Of a stretch of DNA of 64,000 nucleotides, positions 37,308-46,532 are shown in pieces. The stretch lies in NCBI GenBank assembly GCA_964291495.2, contig OZ219871.1, forward strand, positions 352,001-416,000, written 5' to 3'. Source of the stretch: Dehalococcoidia bacterium (GTDB lineage: Bacteria; Chloroflexota; Dehalococcoidia; UBA2979). Within the stretch, counting starts at the first letter, position 1; each line of letters begins with the position of its first letter. Both the position numbers and the translations under genes were made by a program. Below the pieces are notes generated by a model. That model was not told the origin of the DNA and did no database searches. It worked only from the letters and a program-made list of their open reading frames with translations.

Positions 37308-39455
37308 ATGAGCCGCGCGGGCGCCGCGCTGCGGCTGGTGCGCGCCGCGCCGAGGCCGTTCGTTTCGTGGCTGCTGCTTGTCGCGGGCGCGCTGTTGCTC
37401 TTCGCCGCGCTGTTCGCACTCTGGGCCGCCGACGCCCTTGTCGACAGCGACGGCTTCTCGGAGCGAGCGGTGCGCGCCCTCGATGACGAGGACGTGCAGC
37501 GGTTCGTCTCCAACTTCCTGGTCGAGGAGCTGATCGAGCAGGGCGAGCCCGGCCTGATCGCGGCTCGCCCGCTGATCGAGGCGGCGGTGCAGGCGGTGAT
37601 CGGCACCCCCGCCTTCGCGCAGCTCTACGAGACGGCGCTCCGCCAGACACACAGCGCGCTCTTCTCCGACGAACCGATCGTGCTCCAGCTCGTGGACGCC
37701 GCGATCGCCGTCGAGGTCACGGTGGCCCGCTTCAACCCGGATCTGGCCGCGGAGCTGCCCTCGCTCGACAGCGCCGTGATCGAGCTCGCCGACTCCGAGT
37801 ACGTCGACAGCGCGCTCGGCATCGCCCGCGCCATCCGCTTCCTGTCGGCGGTGCTGCCACTGCTCGCGCTCGCCGCCTTCGCGGGCTCGTGCGCGATCGC
37901 GCGAGGGCGGCGTCGCGCCCTCCTGCGCATCGGGCTCACCGTCGCGATCGTCGCCGCGCTGACGATCGTGGCGCTCGATGCCGGCAAGGCGGCGCTCGAG
38001 GAGCTCGCCGGTGGCGGCCTGCGCGGCGCGGCGGGGGCGGGCGTGTGGGACGCCTTCCTCGGCGACTTGCGCGCGTGGAGCTTCGCGCTCGGCGCGGGCG
38101 GGCTGGTGCTCGCCGCCGCCTCCAGCTCGCGCCTCGCCGGCCTCGACGCGGGCGAGACACTGCGGCGCGTGTGGCTGCTGGCGACCGCTCCGCAGTCGAA
38201 CGCCGGGCGGCTCGTCCGCGCCGTCGCGGCCGTCGTGCTTGGCTGGCTGGCGCTGTTCCGCACGGACGACCTCGTGACAGTCGTGGTCGCCGTCGCGGGC
38301 CTCGCCGCCCTCTACCTCGGGCTGATGGAGCTGATGCGCCTGCTCTGGAAGGAGCGCGCCGCCACCGCGAGCGATGTTGCACGGGTCGCCACAGCGCCCG
38401 AGCTGCGGTCGCAACTCTCCCCGGTCGTGCGGATCGCCGCGTTTGCCGCGCTCCTCGCCGGGGGCGCCGCTGGCGTCGCGCTGCTGCTCGCCGGCCTCGG
38501 TCTGCTCGGAGGCGACGACGGAGGCGACCGGGTGACGGTCTGCAATGGCCACGCCGCGCTCTGCACCCGCCCGCTCAACGAGGTCGCGTTCGCCGCCACG
38601 CACAACTCGATGTCGGCGGCCTCGGAGGAGGGTTGGCTCTTCGCCGCGCACCGCGACGGGATCGCCGAGCAGCTGGACGGCGGCGTTCGCGGGCTGCTGA
38701 TCGACGTCTGGTTCGGCTTCCGCTCCGTCACGGGCGTCGCCACGGAGCTGCTCGGCAAGGACCGCGCAGCGATGGTCGAGCTGTACGGCGCGGAGGTCGT
38801 CGAGGCGCGCGAGCGCATCGCCGCGGGGCTCGGACCGCTCGAGGATCGCGAGTTGTACCTCTGCCACGGCTTCTGCGAGGTGGGTGCGACGCCGCTGCGC
38901 GAGGCGCTGCAGGACATCCGCCGCTTCCTCGGGACCAACCCGGGCGAGGTCCTGATCGTCTTCATCCAGGACGAGGCGCCCGCCGAGGACATCGCCGCCG
39001 CCGTTGTCGAGGCCGGCCTCGAGCGCTACGCCTACGCGCATCCCGGGCGTGATGCGCCGTGGCCGACGCTCGGCGAGCTGGTCGACCGCAACGAGCGGCT
39101 GATCGTGATGACGGAGCACGCCGAGCGCGCGCCCGTCCCGTGGCTGCATCGCGGCTTCGAGCTGACGCAGGAGACACCGTTCGCCTTCCGCTCGGTCGAC
39201 GACCTCAGCTGCGCGCCCAACCGCGGCGCGGCGGACGCGCCGCTCTTCCTGGTCAACCACTGGATCGAGGACGTTGCCCCAACACCGAAGGACGCGGAGC
39301 TGCTCAACGCGCGCGAGGTGCTGCTGCCGCGGCTGCGCGAGTGCGCGGCGGAGCGCGGACTGACGCCGAACCTGGTGGCGGTGAACTTCTACCGCAGCGG
39401 CGACCTCTTCGCCGTCGTCGACGAGATCAACGGCGTTGGCGCGGCCGCCGAGTAG
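37308..39455 (+). CDS. multi-TM protein with C-terminal PI-PLC X-like (PLC-like phosphodiesterase) domain
   Basis: CNG...LC.R, ATHNS, QLDGGVRGLLID, LCHG.C, FL..NP.EV, LVNHW, PNLVAVNF. Confidence 0.78.
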   Translation: MSRAGAALRLVRAAPRPFVSWLLLVAGALLLFAALFALWAADALVDSDGFSERAVRALDDEDVQRFVSNFLVEELIEQGEPGLIAARPLIEAAVQAVIGTPAFAQLYETALRQTHSALFSDEPIVLQLVDAAIAVEVTVARFNPDLAAELPSLDSAVIELADSEYVDSALGIARAIRFLSAVLPLLALAAFAGSCAIARGRRRALLRIGLTVAIVAALTIVALDAGKAALEELAGGGLRGAAGAGVWDAFLGDLRAWSFALGAGGLVLAAASSSRLAGLDAGETLRRVWLLATAPQSNAGRLVRAVAAVVLGWLALFRTDDLVTVVVAVAGLAALYLGLMELMRLLWKERAATASDVARVATAPELRSQLSPVVRIAAFAALLAGGAAGVALLLAGLGLLGGDDGGDRVTVCNGHAALCTRPLNEVAFAATHNSMSAASEEGWLFAAHRDGIAEQLDGGVRGLLIDVWFGFRSVTGVATELLGKDRAAMVELYGAEVVEARERIAAGLGPLEDRELYLCHGFCEVGATPLREALQDIRRFLGTNPGEVLIVFIQDEAPAEDIAAAVVEAGLERYAYAHPGRDAPWPTLGELVDRNERLIVMTEHAERAPVPWLHRGFELTQETPFAFRSVDDLSCAPNRGAADAPLFLVNHWIEDVAPTPKDAELLNAREVLLPRLRECAAERGLTPNLVAVNFYRSGDLFAVVDEINGVGAAAE

Positions 39456-39519
39456 CCGAGCCGCGCGCGACGTGACAGATTGCGCGCGTCCACCCGCGCG
39501 CAACCGACGGACCGCCACC

Positions 39520-39942
39520 ATGACCAGCGAGCGAACGATCGAAGACCCCGAGATCGCCGAGTACCTGGACCGCCGCAGCGAGTGGGCCGTGCTCACCACC
39601 ATCGGCGTGGACGGCTACCCGCACAGCGTCGCCCTCGGCTACTACCGGATCGGCGACGTGCTCTACGTCGGCACCCCGGCGCACACGCGCAAGGTGCGCA
39701 ACGCCGAGGCGAACGGGCACGGCTCGCTGCTGGTCACGGGCTCGAAGGCGTCCGGCGACTGGAGCGGCGTGCTGGTGCAGGGCGACCTCGAGATCGTGCG
39801 CGACGATGCCGAGCGGCTCGCGATCGAGCGCGAGGGCCGCCGTCAGCGCGGCGTACCGGAGGAGGAGCTGCCGGACACGCCCCGCGAGGGCGAGGTGATC
39901 GTGCGGCTGCACCCGCGCCGCACGATCACCTGGAGCTACTGA
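39520..39942 (+). CDS. pyridoxamine 5'-phosphate oxidase-like split-barrel flavin/F420 protein
   Basis: LTT..DGYPH, KVRN, GVLVQG, P...ITW. Confidence 0.8.
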   Translation: MTSERTIEDPEIAEYLDRRSEWAVLTTIGVDGYPHSVALGYYRIGDVLYVGTPAHTRKVRNAEANGHGSLLVTGSKASGDWSGVLVQGDLEIVRDDAERLAIEREGRRQRGVPEEELPDTPREGEVIVRLHPRRTITWSY

Positions 39943-39965
39943 GCAGGACTCCGCGAGCGCGCTCG

Positions 39966-40277
39966 ATGACCTCGCCGCCCTCGCCGACGCCTTCCACGCC
40001 CGTGCGCGACCCCGCGCAGCACGAGCGCACGCTCGATGAAGCGCTGCCGCCCCACCGCGTGATCCTGCACAACGACGACGTGAACGAGATGGGGCACGTG
40101 GTGCGCGCGCTGCTCGCCTCGGTGCCGGAGCTTGATGTGCGCGGTGCGACGGAGATCATGCTGACGGCGCACCTCCAGGGCCGCGCCGAGGTGATCGCCT
40201 GCCCGCTCGAGCGCGCCGAGTTGTACCGCGACCGCCTCGAATCCCATGGCCTAACCGCGACAATCGAGCGGGTTTGA
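39966..40277 (+). CDS. clpS: ATP-dependent Clp protease adaptor ClpS
   Basis: RVILHNDDVN, IMLTAH..G.A, E.AE.Y. Confidence 0.88.
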   Translation: MTSPPSPTPSTPVRDPAQHERTLDEALPPHRVILHNDDVNEMGHVVRALLASVPELDVRGATEIMLTAHLQGRAEVIACPLERAELYRDRLESHGLTATIERV

Positions 40278-40350
40278 GGCGCTGCCCCCCGGCCAGCCAC
40301 GGGGCGGCCGTCCAGAGCACGCAGCCTACGGACTATAACGTTCGAGTAAG

Positions 40351-40390
40351 TTACAAATACGATGCAAACGAGGTACAATATACCAGGTAT
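40351..40390 (+). promoter_or_regulatory. sigma70-like promoter with palindrome over the start site
   Basis: TTACAA-N17-TACAAT in an AT-rich patch; ATACC-A-GGTAT at 40380-40390. Confidence 0.55.
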
Positions 40391-40555
40391 CACTACTGCG
40401 ACGAATGAGGAGCTGTGAAGTGCAGTTCACCACCGACTCCGGACAGAGGGTGGACACCTCCCCGGAGCCCTAGCACGCCCCCCAAAACCCCGTCGCCAGT
40501 CGGCGGGGCTGAGGAAGGAGGCCGTCGCGAGACGCCAGCGGCGGCCTCCCCTCTA
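40386..40555 (+). ncRNA. candidate structured sRNA or 5' leader
   Basis: Four consecutive hairpins downstream of the promoter; matches no RNA family I recognise. Confidence 0.35.
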
Positions 40556-40629
40556 CCCGGAACTCCTCTGCTCCCCGCCTTCCGAGCTTGCATGAGACGC
40601 GGTCGCGCGGAACGTCGTAGGCTAGGCGC

Positions 40630-41865
40630 ATGCGCAGCCTGACCACCGCCTTGCTCCTCCTGCTGCTCGCCTCGGGCGCCCTGATCGCCTCGTCCTGCGA
40701 CGGCGCTGGCGAGGAGGACGAGCAACTGCGAGTCGGCTACCTCGCCGATCGTTCCGGCTCCCTCGCGGAGCTCGGCGACGTGGTCAGCGTCGGCGTCGAG
40801 CTCGCCGTGCAGCACATCAACGAGGCCGGCGGCGTCAACGGCCGCGACGTCTTGCTCTTCAGCGGCGACACCAAGGTGAACCCAACCCAGGGTGTCGAGG
40901 AGGCGCGCCGCCTCGTGGACGTGGAAGGCGTGCAGGCGATCGTCGGCGCGATCTCGAGCACGGTCACGCTCGCGGTGACGGAGAGTGTGATCGGGCCCTC
41001 GGGCGTCGTCATGATCACGCCGTCCGCCTCCTCCCCGGCGCTTTCGACATCGAACGACCGCGACTTCCTCTTCCGCAGCGCCCCCTCCGATGTCGCGAAG
41101 GGCGTGATCCTCGCGGCGCTCGCGCGCGAGGAGGGGCTCGACAACGTCGGCCTGCTCTACCGCGACGACGCCTACGGGCAGGGGCTGGCCGAGGTCTTCA
41201 CGCAGCACTTCGGCGGCACCGTGTCCGCCGCCTCCTACTCGGCGCTCGGCCAGCCCTCGTACGTGGCCGAGCTGCAGCAGGCGGCGAGCGGCGGGGCGGA
41301 CCTGCTGGTGGTCGTCGCCTTCCCGGGCGAAGCCGAGGTGTTCCTGCGCGAGTCGATCGAGAACGACATCTTCACGAAGTTCGTCTTCGCGGACGCGACG
41401 CGCAGCGAGGACCTCGCAGCCAAGATCGGCCCGGAGCACCTCGACGGCTCGAAGGGCACAGCGCCCGGCAGCGGACCCGACGAGCCCTCAACGGCGGCCT
41501 GGAACCGCGCGTACGTCGTGCAGTTTGGCGAGGAACCGGCCCGCGCCTACGTGCGCGAGGGCTACGACGCCGTGATCGCCATCGCGCTCGCCGCCGAGGC
41601 CGCCGGCTCCACCGACAGCGCCGCGATCCGCGACCAGCTGCGCAACGTCGTGCAGCCCCCCGGCCGCACCGTGATCGCCGGGCCCGAGGGCGTCGCGGCA
41701 GCCCTCGAGGCCGTACGCAACGGCGAAGAGATCGACTATGACGGCGCGGCCTCGCCGCTCGACTGGAACGCCACGGGCGACCTCGTAACCGGCTTCGTCG
41801 AGATCTGGGAGTACCGCAACGGCAAGATCGTTCCGCTCGAGTCGCGTTCGTTCGACCTCCGCTAG
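40630..41865 (+). CDS. ABC transporter substrate-binding lipoprotein (paralog of 32352-33593)
   Basis: Lipobox-like LIASSC; shares EEARRLVDVEGV, ELQQAASGGA, FLRESIENDIFT with the paralog. Confidence 0.9.
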   Translation: MRSLTTALLLLLLASGALIASSCDGAGEEDEQLRVGYLADRSGSLAELGDVVSVGVELAVQHINEAGGVNGRDVLLFSGDTKVNPTQGVEEARRLVDVEGVQAIVGAISSTVTLAVTESVIGPSGVVMITPSASSPALSTSNDRDFLFRSAPSDVAKGVILAALAREEGLDNVGLLYRDDAYGQGLAEVFTQHFGGTVSAASYSALGQPSYVAELQQAASGGADLLVVVAFPGEAEVFLRESIENDIFTKFVFADATRSEDLAAKIGPEHLDGSKGTAPGSGPDEPSTAAWNRAYVVQFGEEPARAYVREGYDAVIAIALAAEAAGSTDSAAIRDQLRNVVQPPGRTVIAGPEGVAAALEAVRNGEEIDYDGAASPLDWNATGDLVTGFVEIWEYRNGKIVPLESRSFDLR

Positions 41866-41868
41866 CCC

Positions 41869-42405
41869 CTAGCGCCCCCTCAGGGGCGACAGCCCGTGCT
41901 CGCGGCGGCGCTCGTTGAGCGCGCGCCAGGCGGCGCGGTCGGCCTCGAGGAAGCGGGTCAGGGAGGCGTTCGTGACGCCGAGGGTGCGCGCGGCCTCGCC
42001 CGGCCGCCACCCGGTCGCGGCGAGCAGGTCGAAGAGCGCCGCCAGCATCGGCGGGTAGCGCGCGTCGCGGCGGCCGAGCGCGAGCCTGCGCTCCTTCGTG
42101 CGCGCCGCGGCGAGCTCCGAAGCGGGCGCGTAGCCCTCGAGGCTCACGGGCGCGCGTAGTTGCAGCGCGATCGCGTGGCGCAGGCGGCGCAGGGCGCGCG
42201 CCCGGTTCTCGTGCTGCGAGCGCGACTCGACGGCCTCGGTGCTGACGCCGGAGGGGCGGTGCCGCAAGCGCACGGCGGAGTCCGTGACGTTGCGCTTCTG
42301 CCCGCCCGGCCCGCTCGCGCGGAAGCGGTCGAAGTCGCACTGGCGCAGCAACGCCGCGTCATCGAGGTGCAGGAACTCGCGCCAGTCCGGCTGCTCCGCG
42401 CTCAC
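41869..42405 (-). CDS. peptide chain release factor-like protein (GGQ domain + C-terminal helical/HTH-like region)
   Basis: FRASGPGGQKRN.TDSAVRL.H.P.G, E.RSQHENR. Confidence 0.85.
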   Translation of the reverse strand: MSAEQPDWREFLHLDDAALLRQCDFDRFRASGPGGQKRNVTDSAVRLRHRPSGVSTEAVESRSQHENRARALRRLRHAIALQLRAPVSLEGYAPASELAAARTKERRLALGRRDARYPPMLAALFDLLAATGWRPGEAARTLGVTNASLTRFLEADRAAWRALNERRREHGLSPLRGR

Positions 42406-42428
42406 GCCCGCGACCGTAGCACGCCGCG

Positions 42429-44981
42429 TCAGCCCGGCAGGACCTCGTCCGGGTAGCGCGTCCCGACAATGCCGCGCTCCACCATCGCGTCGTACTCCTC
42501 GCGGGAGTAGCCGAGCAGGTCGAGGTACACGTCCTCGTTGTGCTCGCCGAGCCGGGGAGGCGGGAGCCGCACCTCGTCCGAGGTGTTGCGCATCTTGAAG
42601 ATGTACCCGGGGTAGCGGTGCGTGCCTACCGTCGGCATGTGGATCTCGCGGAACCACTCGCGCGCGTTGAGCTGCTCGTCTCCGAGGATCTCGAGGGAGT
42701 CGCGCACCGGGGCGGCACAGACGCCCACCGCCTGCAACTCGTGGAAGAGCGTTTCCTTGTCGCGGGCGGCGGTCAGCTCGCCGATGCTTGCCTCGAGCTC
42801 GACGCGGTGCGCCCGGCGGCCCGCCGCGCTTGCGTAGCGCGGGTTGGCGGCGAGCCCGGGGCTGCCGAGCACCCGGCACAGCGCCGCGAACTGCTCGTCG
42901 GTCGCGACGTCGATCGCGATCCACTGGTCCTCGCCGCGGGCCGGGTAGACGCCGTGCGGGGCGTGCCAGCGGTGCGTGTTGCCCTGCGCCGTCGAGTCGG
43001 CGCCGTTCATCACGTAGTCAAGGATGAACTCGCCGACCGTCGGGATGAAGCCCTCGGCGAGCGGCAGCTCGATGAGCTGGCCCTCGCCGGTGCGCGCGCG
43101 GTGGCGCAGTCCCATCATCGCCGCGACCGCGCCGTGGACCCCAGCCATCGCGTCGGCGCTGAGCACGTCGCCGGAGAGCTCCGGTTCGCCGTCGATGTAG
43201 CGGCGGAAGAGCGTCTGACCGACCATCGCCTCGGCGTGGGTGCCGAAGGAGCGGTAGTCGCGGTAGGGCCCCGACAGCCCGAAGGCGGGCATCCGCACCA
43301 TCACCAGCCGCGGGTTCACCTCGCGCAGCTCGTCCCAACCGAGACCCGCGCGGTCGAACGCACGGGGCGAGTTGTTCTCGATCACCACGTCGCTGACGGC
43401 CGCCAGGCGCAGGAACGCCTCGCGGCCCTCGGGGGCGGAGATGTCGACGGTCATCGACTTCTTGTTGCGGGCGTGGGAGTTGAAGTTGGCCGATCGGTTC
43501 CAGCGGTCGTCCTTCGGATCGTGGTCCGGATAGAGCGCGTGCAGGCTGACGCCGTCGCGGATCCGCTCCTCGATCTGCTCCTTCGTGAAGGTGACCTCGG
43601 CGCCGCGAGTGTTCGGGTGGATGCGGTTCATCGGTTCGGCGCGGATCACCTCGGCGCCCCACTCCGCCAGCAGTTGCGTGCTGTGCGGGCCGGCCCAGAC
43701 CACCGTCGCGGCGATCACCCGCACGCCCTCGAGGGGCGGCCGCAGCAAGCCGCCATTCGCGGAGCGCGGCGCGCGAGGGGATCGCGGCGCCTCGCGCTGC
43801 TCCGGCCGGTCCGCCCGGGCCGGCCAGGCCGAGGGCTCCTCGACGGCCGCGTTGTGTTCGCCCAGCAGCGGGGCGCGCCGCGCGGTGGGGCGGGGCGAGG
43901 CGTTCGTGATGAACGGCCGGCCCGGGTACTGGAGCGGCCCGGTGCGCGGGTGGTCGATCGTGTCCCAGGCGCCGCGCTCCCGGAAGTGCGGATTCTCCAG
44001 CAGCTCCCCCATGGTCTGCAGCGCCCCGCCCAGCAGACCGTACTCCTGGGCCTGACGGAGCGCCTCAAGCTTCGGCGTGCGCTGCAGGAACTCGGCGTAT
44101 GACGCCTCCAGCTCCTCGCCGAGATCTTCGGGCCAGTAGTCAAACGGCTGGAACAGCTCTTCCCGGGTCACGAGGTCCTCGCGCCCGATCATGGCGAGGA
44201 ACCCGGGCAGCCGGGCGCCGAGTCCGTGCAGGTTGACGTAGCCGTCGACCGTGGGGCGGACGCCGCTCAGGGGGATCTGGCCGCCGGTCCGGCGCCGCAT
44301 CGTGTGGCCCGCGTAGGCCGCGCCCGTCAGGTCGACGGCGCGACGGTCTCGGAACCCGGCCTGGCACTCGTAGACCGCGAGGTCGATGTAGTCGCCGGCG
44401 CCGCCAGCCTCGACGCGGTAGCGGGCGAGCAGGATCGCGAGCGCCGCCGTCGCCCCGGCCGAGTAGTGCGCGACGTGCCCGGCGTACTTCAACGGCTCCC
44501 GGCTGCGATGCCCGGTGATCCACAGCGGCCCGCCCAGCGCCTGGAGGGTGATCTCGGATCCGAGGTAGTCGCGGTACGGCCCGTCCTGGCCGAACGGCGT
44601 GAGCGAGAGCATCACGAGGTCGTCGCGGCCGCGGGAGAGCTCGTCCCAGCCCCAACCCCACTCGGCGGCGCGTCCGGCCTCGTAGTCCTCGATCAGCACG
44701 TCGCACTCCGCGGCAAGGCGGCGAATCGTCGCCGCGCCGTCCGTGCTTGTGGAATCGACCGTGGCGGAGCGCTTGTTGGTGTTGAGGTGGAGGAACAAGC
44801 CGGACGCCTCGAGGTCCTCGACGTTGCCCGGGAACGGGCCGAAGCGGCGCGCCGGGTCGCCGTCCGGTGGCTCTATCTTGAGCACGTCGGCCCCGTAGTC
44901 GGCGAGCAGCTTCGTCGCGTACGGGCCGGCGACGTTGCGGGTGAAGTCGAGGACGCGGATGCCTTCGAGCGGACCTGCCAT
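42429..44981 (-). CDS. fused two-domain class III CoA-transferase
   Basis: Two CaiB domains, PLEGIRVLD/NTNKRS and PLEGVRV/RNKKS, joined by a linker. Confidence 0.9.
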   Translation of the reverse strand: MAGPLEGIRVLDFTRNVAGPYATKLLADYGADVLKIEPPDGDPARRFGPFPGNVEDLEASGLFLHLNTNKRSATVDSTSTDGAATIRRLAAECDVLIEDYEAGRAAEWGWGWDELSRGRDDLVMLSLTPFGQDGPYRDYLGSEITLQALGGPLWITGHRSREPLKYAGHVAHYSAGATAALAILLARYRVEAGGAGDYIDLAVYECQAGFRDRRAVDLTGAAYAGHTMRRRTGGQIPLSGVRPTVDGYVNLHGLGARLPGFLAMIGREDLVTREELFQPFDYWPEDLGEELEASYAEFLQRTPKLEALRQAQEYGLLGGALQTMGELLENPHFRERGAWDTIDHPRTGPLQYPGRPFITNASPRPTARRAPLLGEHNAAVEEPSAWPARADRPEQREAPRSPRAPRSANGGLLRPPLEGVRVIAATVVWAGPHSTQLLAEWGAEVIRAEPMNRIHPNTRGAEVTFTKEQIEERIRDGVSLHALYPDHDPKDDRWNRSANFNSHARNKKSMTVDISAPEGREAFLRLAAVSDVVIENNSPRAFDRAGLGWDELREVNPRLVMVRMPAFGLSGPYRDYRSFGTHAEAMVGQTLFRRYIDGEPELSGDVLSADAMAGVHGAVAAMMGLRHRARTGEGQLIELPLAEGFIPTVGEFILDYVMNGADSTAQGNTHRWHAPHGVYPARGEDQWIAIDVATDEQFAALCRVLGSPGLAANPRYASAAGRRAHRVELEASIGELTAARDKETLFHELQAVGVCAAPVRDSLEILGDEQLNAREWFREIHMPTVGTHRYPGYIFKMRNTSDEVRLPPPRLGEHNEDVYLDLLGYSREEYDAMVERGIVGTRYPDEVLPG

Positions 44982-45210
44982 CGTCGTCACCTCGGATCGC
45001 TTCGAATATCGAGGGCGACGCGCATGATACGTCGCGCCCGGCGGCGTGGGATCGGTGCAATTGCGCATCAGATGATGCTGTTTTAGCGGGCGACAGCAAG
45101 CGAGCACGTTAATAAAGTGAGGAGGACCAAAGTTTAGTATGATGGCTCGCGCTCGTCGCGAGGGAGCCGATCATCGGCTTACGCTAATTCAGGCTGGTAC
45201 ACCCCCGAAG

Positions 45211-45239
45211 CAGACAAATAAAGAAACCATGCATATACT
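45211..45239 (+). promoter_or_regulatory. putative fic promoter
   Basis: CAGACA-N17-TATACT in an AT-rich patch; AGGAGAG RBS downstream. Confidence 0.5.
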
Positions 45240-45259
45240 TAACTAAGACAGGAGAGGCC

Positions 45260-46459
45260 GTGGACGCCGCCGCATTCACCAACCCATCGGGCCAACTCGT
45301 CACGCAGCGCCCTCGCGGCGGCGGGCGCTACCTGACGTTCGTCCCGAACCCGCTGCCGCCCCCGCCCGAGATCGCGCAGGCCGCGATTGCGAGCGCTGGC
45401 GCGCTGCTCGCCGATGCCGAGTACTGGCTCGGGCAGCTGATCGGCCTCGGCGGCGTACTCCACGACGCGAACGCACTGGCCGCACCGTACATCCGGCACG
45501 AGGCCGTCCGCAGCTCCCAGATCGAGGGCACCCGGACCTCGATCGGCGACCTTGCGGCCTTCGAGGCGGTGCCCGAGTCGCAGCCGCTCGACGGGGACGC
45601 CCAGGAGACGCTGAACTACGTCGCCGCGCTTGACGAGGGTCTGGACCGCATCCGGGACGGCGGCGCGATCGATGCCGACCTCGTTCGCGACCTGCACCGC
45701 ACGCTGATGGCGGGTGCAGGCGACGAGGTGCGCAGTGCCCCGGGCGAGTTCCGGACCGTCCAGAACTACATCACCGCCGGTGGCGCGCCGATCTACACCC
45801 CGCCGCCGCCCGACCGGATGCTCGACTGCCTCGACAGCCTGTTCGGCTACATCGACTCGCAACCGGAAGCACCGCCGCTGGTGGAGATCGCGTGGGTGCA
45901 CTACGCCTTCGAGGCGATTCACCCCTTCCGCGACGGCAACGGCCGTGTCGGGCGGATCCTGATGCCGCTGCTGCTCGCCCGGCGGCGAGGGTTGGAGCAT
46001 CCGCTGCTCTACCTGAGCCCCTACCTCTTCGAGCACCGGCAGGAGTACTACGACCGCCTCTTCGCCGTCAGCGCACGCAGCGACTGGCCTGGCTGGCTGG
46101 CGTTCATGCTGCGAGCCGTCGCTTCGCGCGCGCAGGCATCCGTCGCGACGGCGCAGCGCCTGATGGCCATCGAGGACGAGTGGCGACTGCGGCTCGAGGA
46201 GGCCGGCGCGACTCCCACGGCGCTCCGCCTCGCAGTGCTGATCCGGCGCCAGTCGCTCGCGGTCACCGCACCGCACGCGATCGGCCTGCTCGCCGGGGCC
46301 GGCTCCCCGGTCACCCCGCCGACCGCCTACCAGGCGATCGCCGACCTCGAGCGCGCCGGCATCGTGACCGAGATCACCGGCCGGGCCCGTGGGCGCATCT
46401 GGCTGGCCCGCGAGCTCGTAGACCTGCTCGAAGGCGACGAGGGCGGCGCGGGCTCGTAG
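45260..46459 (+). CDS. Fic family protein (class II, N-terminal inhibitory motif)
   Basis: HPFRDGNGRVGR; SSQIEG inhibitory motif; C-terminal wHTH-like region. Confidence 0.92.
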   Translation: MDAAAFTNPSGQLVTQRPRGGGRYLTFVPNPLPPPPEIAQAAIASAGALLADAEYWLGQLIGLGGVLHDANALAAPYIRHEAVRSSQIEGTRTSIGDLAAFEAVPESQPLDGDAQETLNYVAALDEGLDRIRDGGAIDADLVRDLHRTLMAGAGDEVRSAPGEFRTVQNYITAGGAPIYTPPPPDRMLDCLDSLFGYIDSQPEAPPLVEIAWVHYAFEAIHPFRDGNGRVGRILMPLLLARRRGLEHPLLYLSPYLFEHRQEYYDRLFAVSARSDWPGWLAFMLRAVASRAQASVATAQRLMAIEDEWRLRLEEAGATPTALRLAVLIRRQSLAVTAPHAIGLLAGAGSPVTPPTAYQAIADLERAGIVTEITGRARGRIWLARELVDLLEGDEGGAGS

Positions 46460-46532
46460 CCGGGCCGAACCTTCCGGCAGGCGCGCCTGCCGCATATCCT
46501 GCAAGGGGCGGACCTGACCGACGGAGGCCACC

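Noticed and set aside
45139-45246. 35-codon ORF upstream of fic as an antitoxin
   Set aside because: No (S/T)xxxE(G/N) motif, long RBS spacing, and it overlaps the predicted fic promoter; the Fic protein has its own inhibitory motif.
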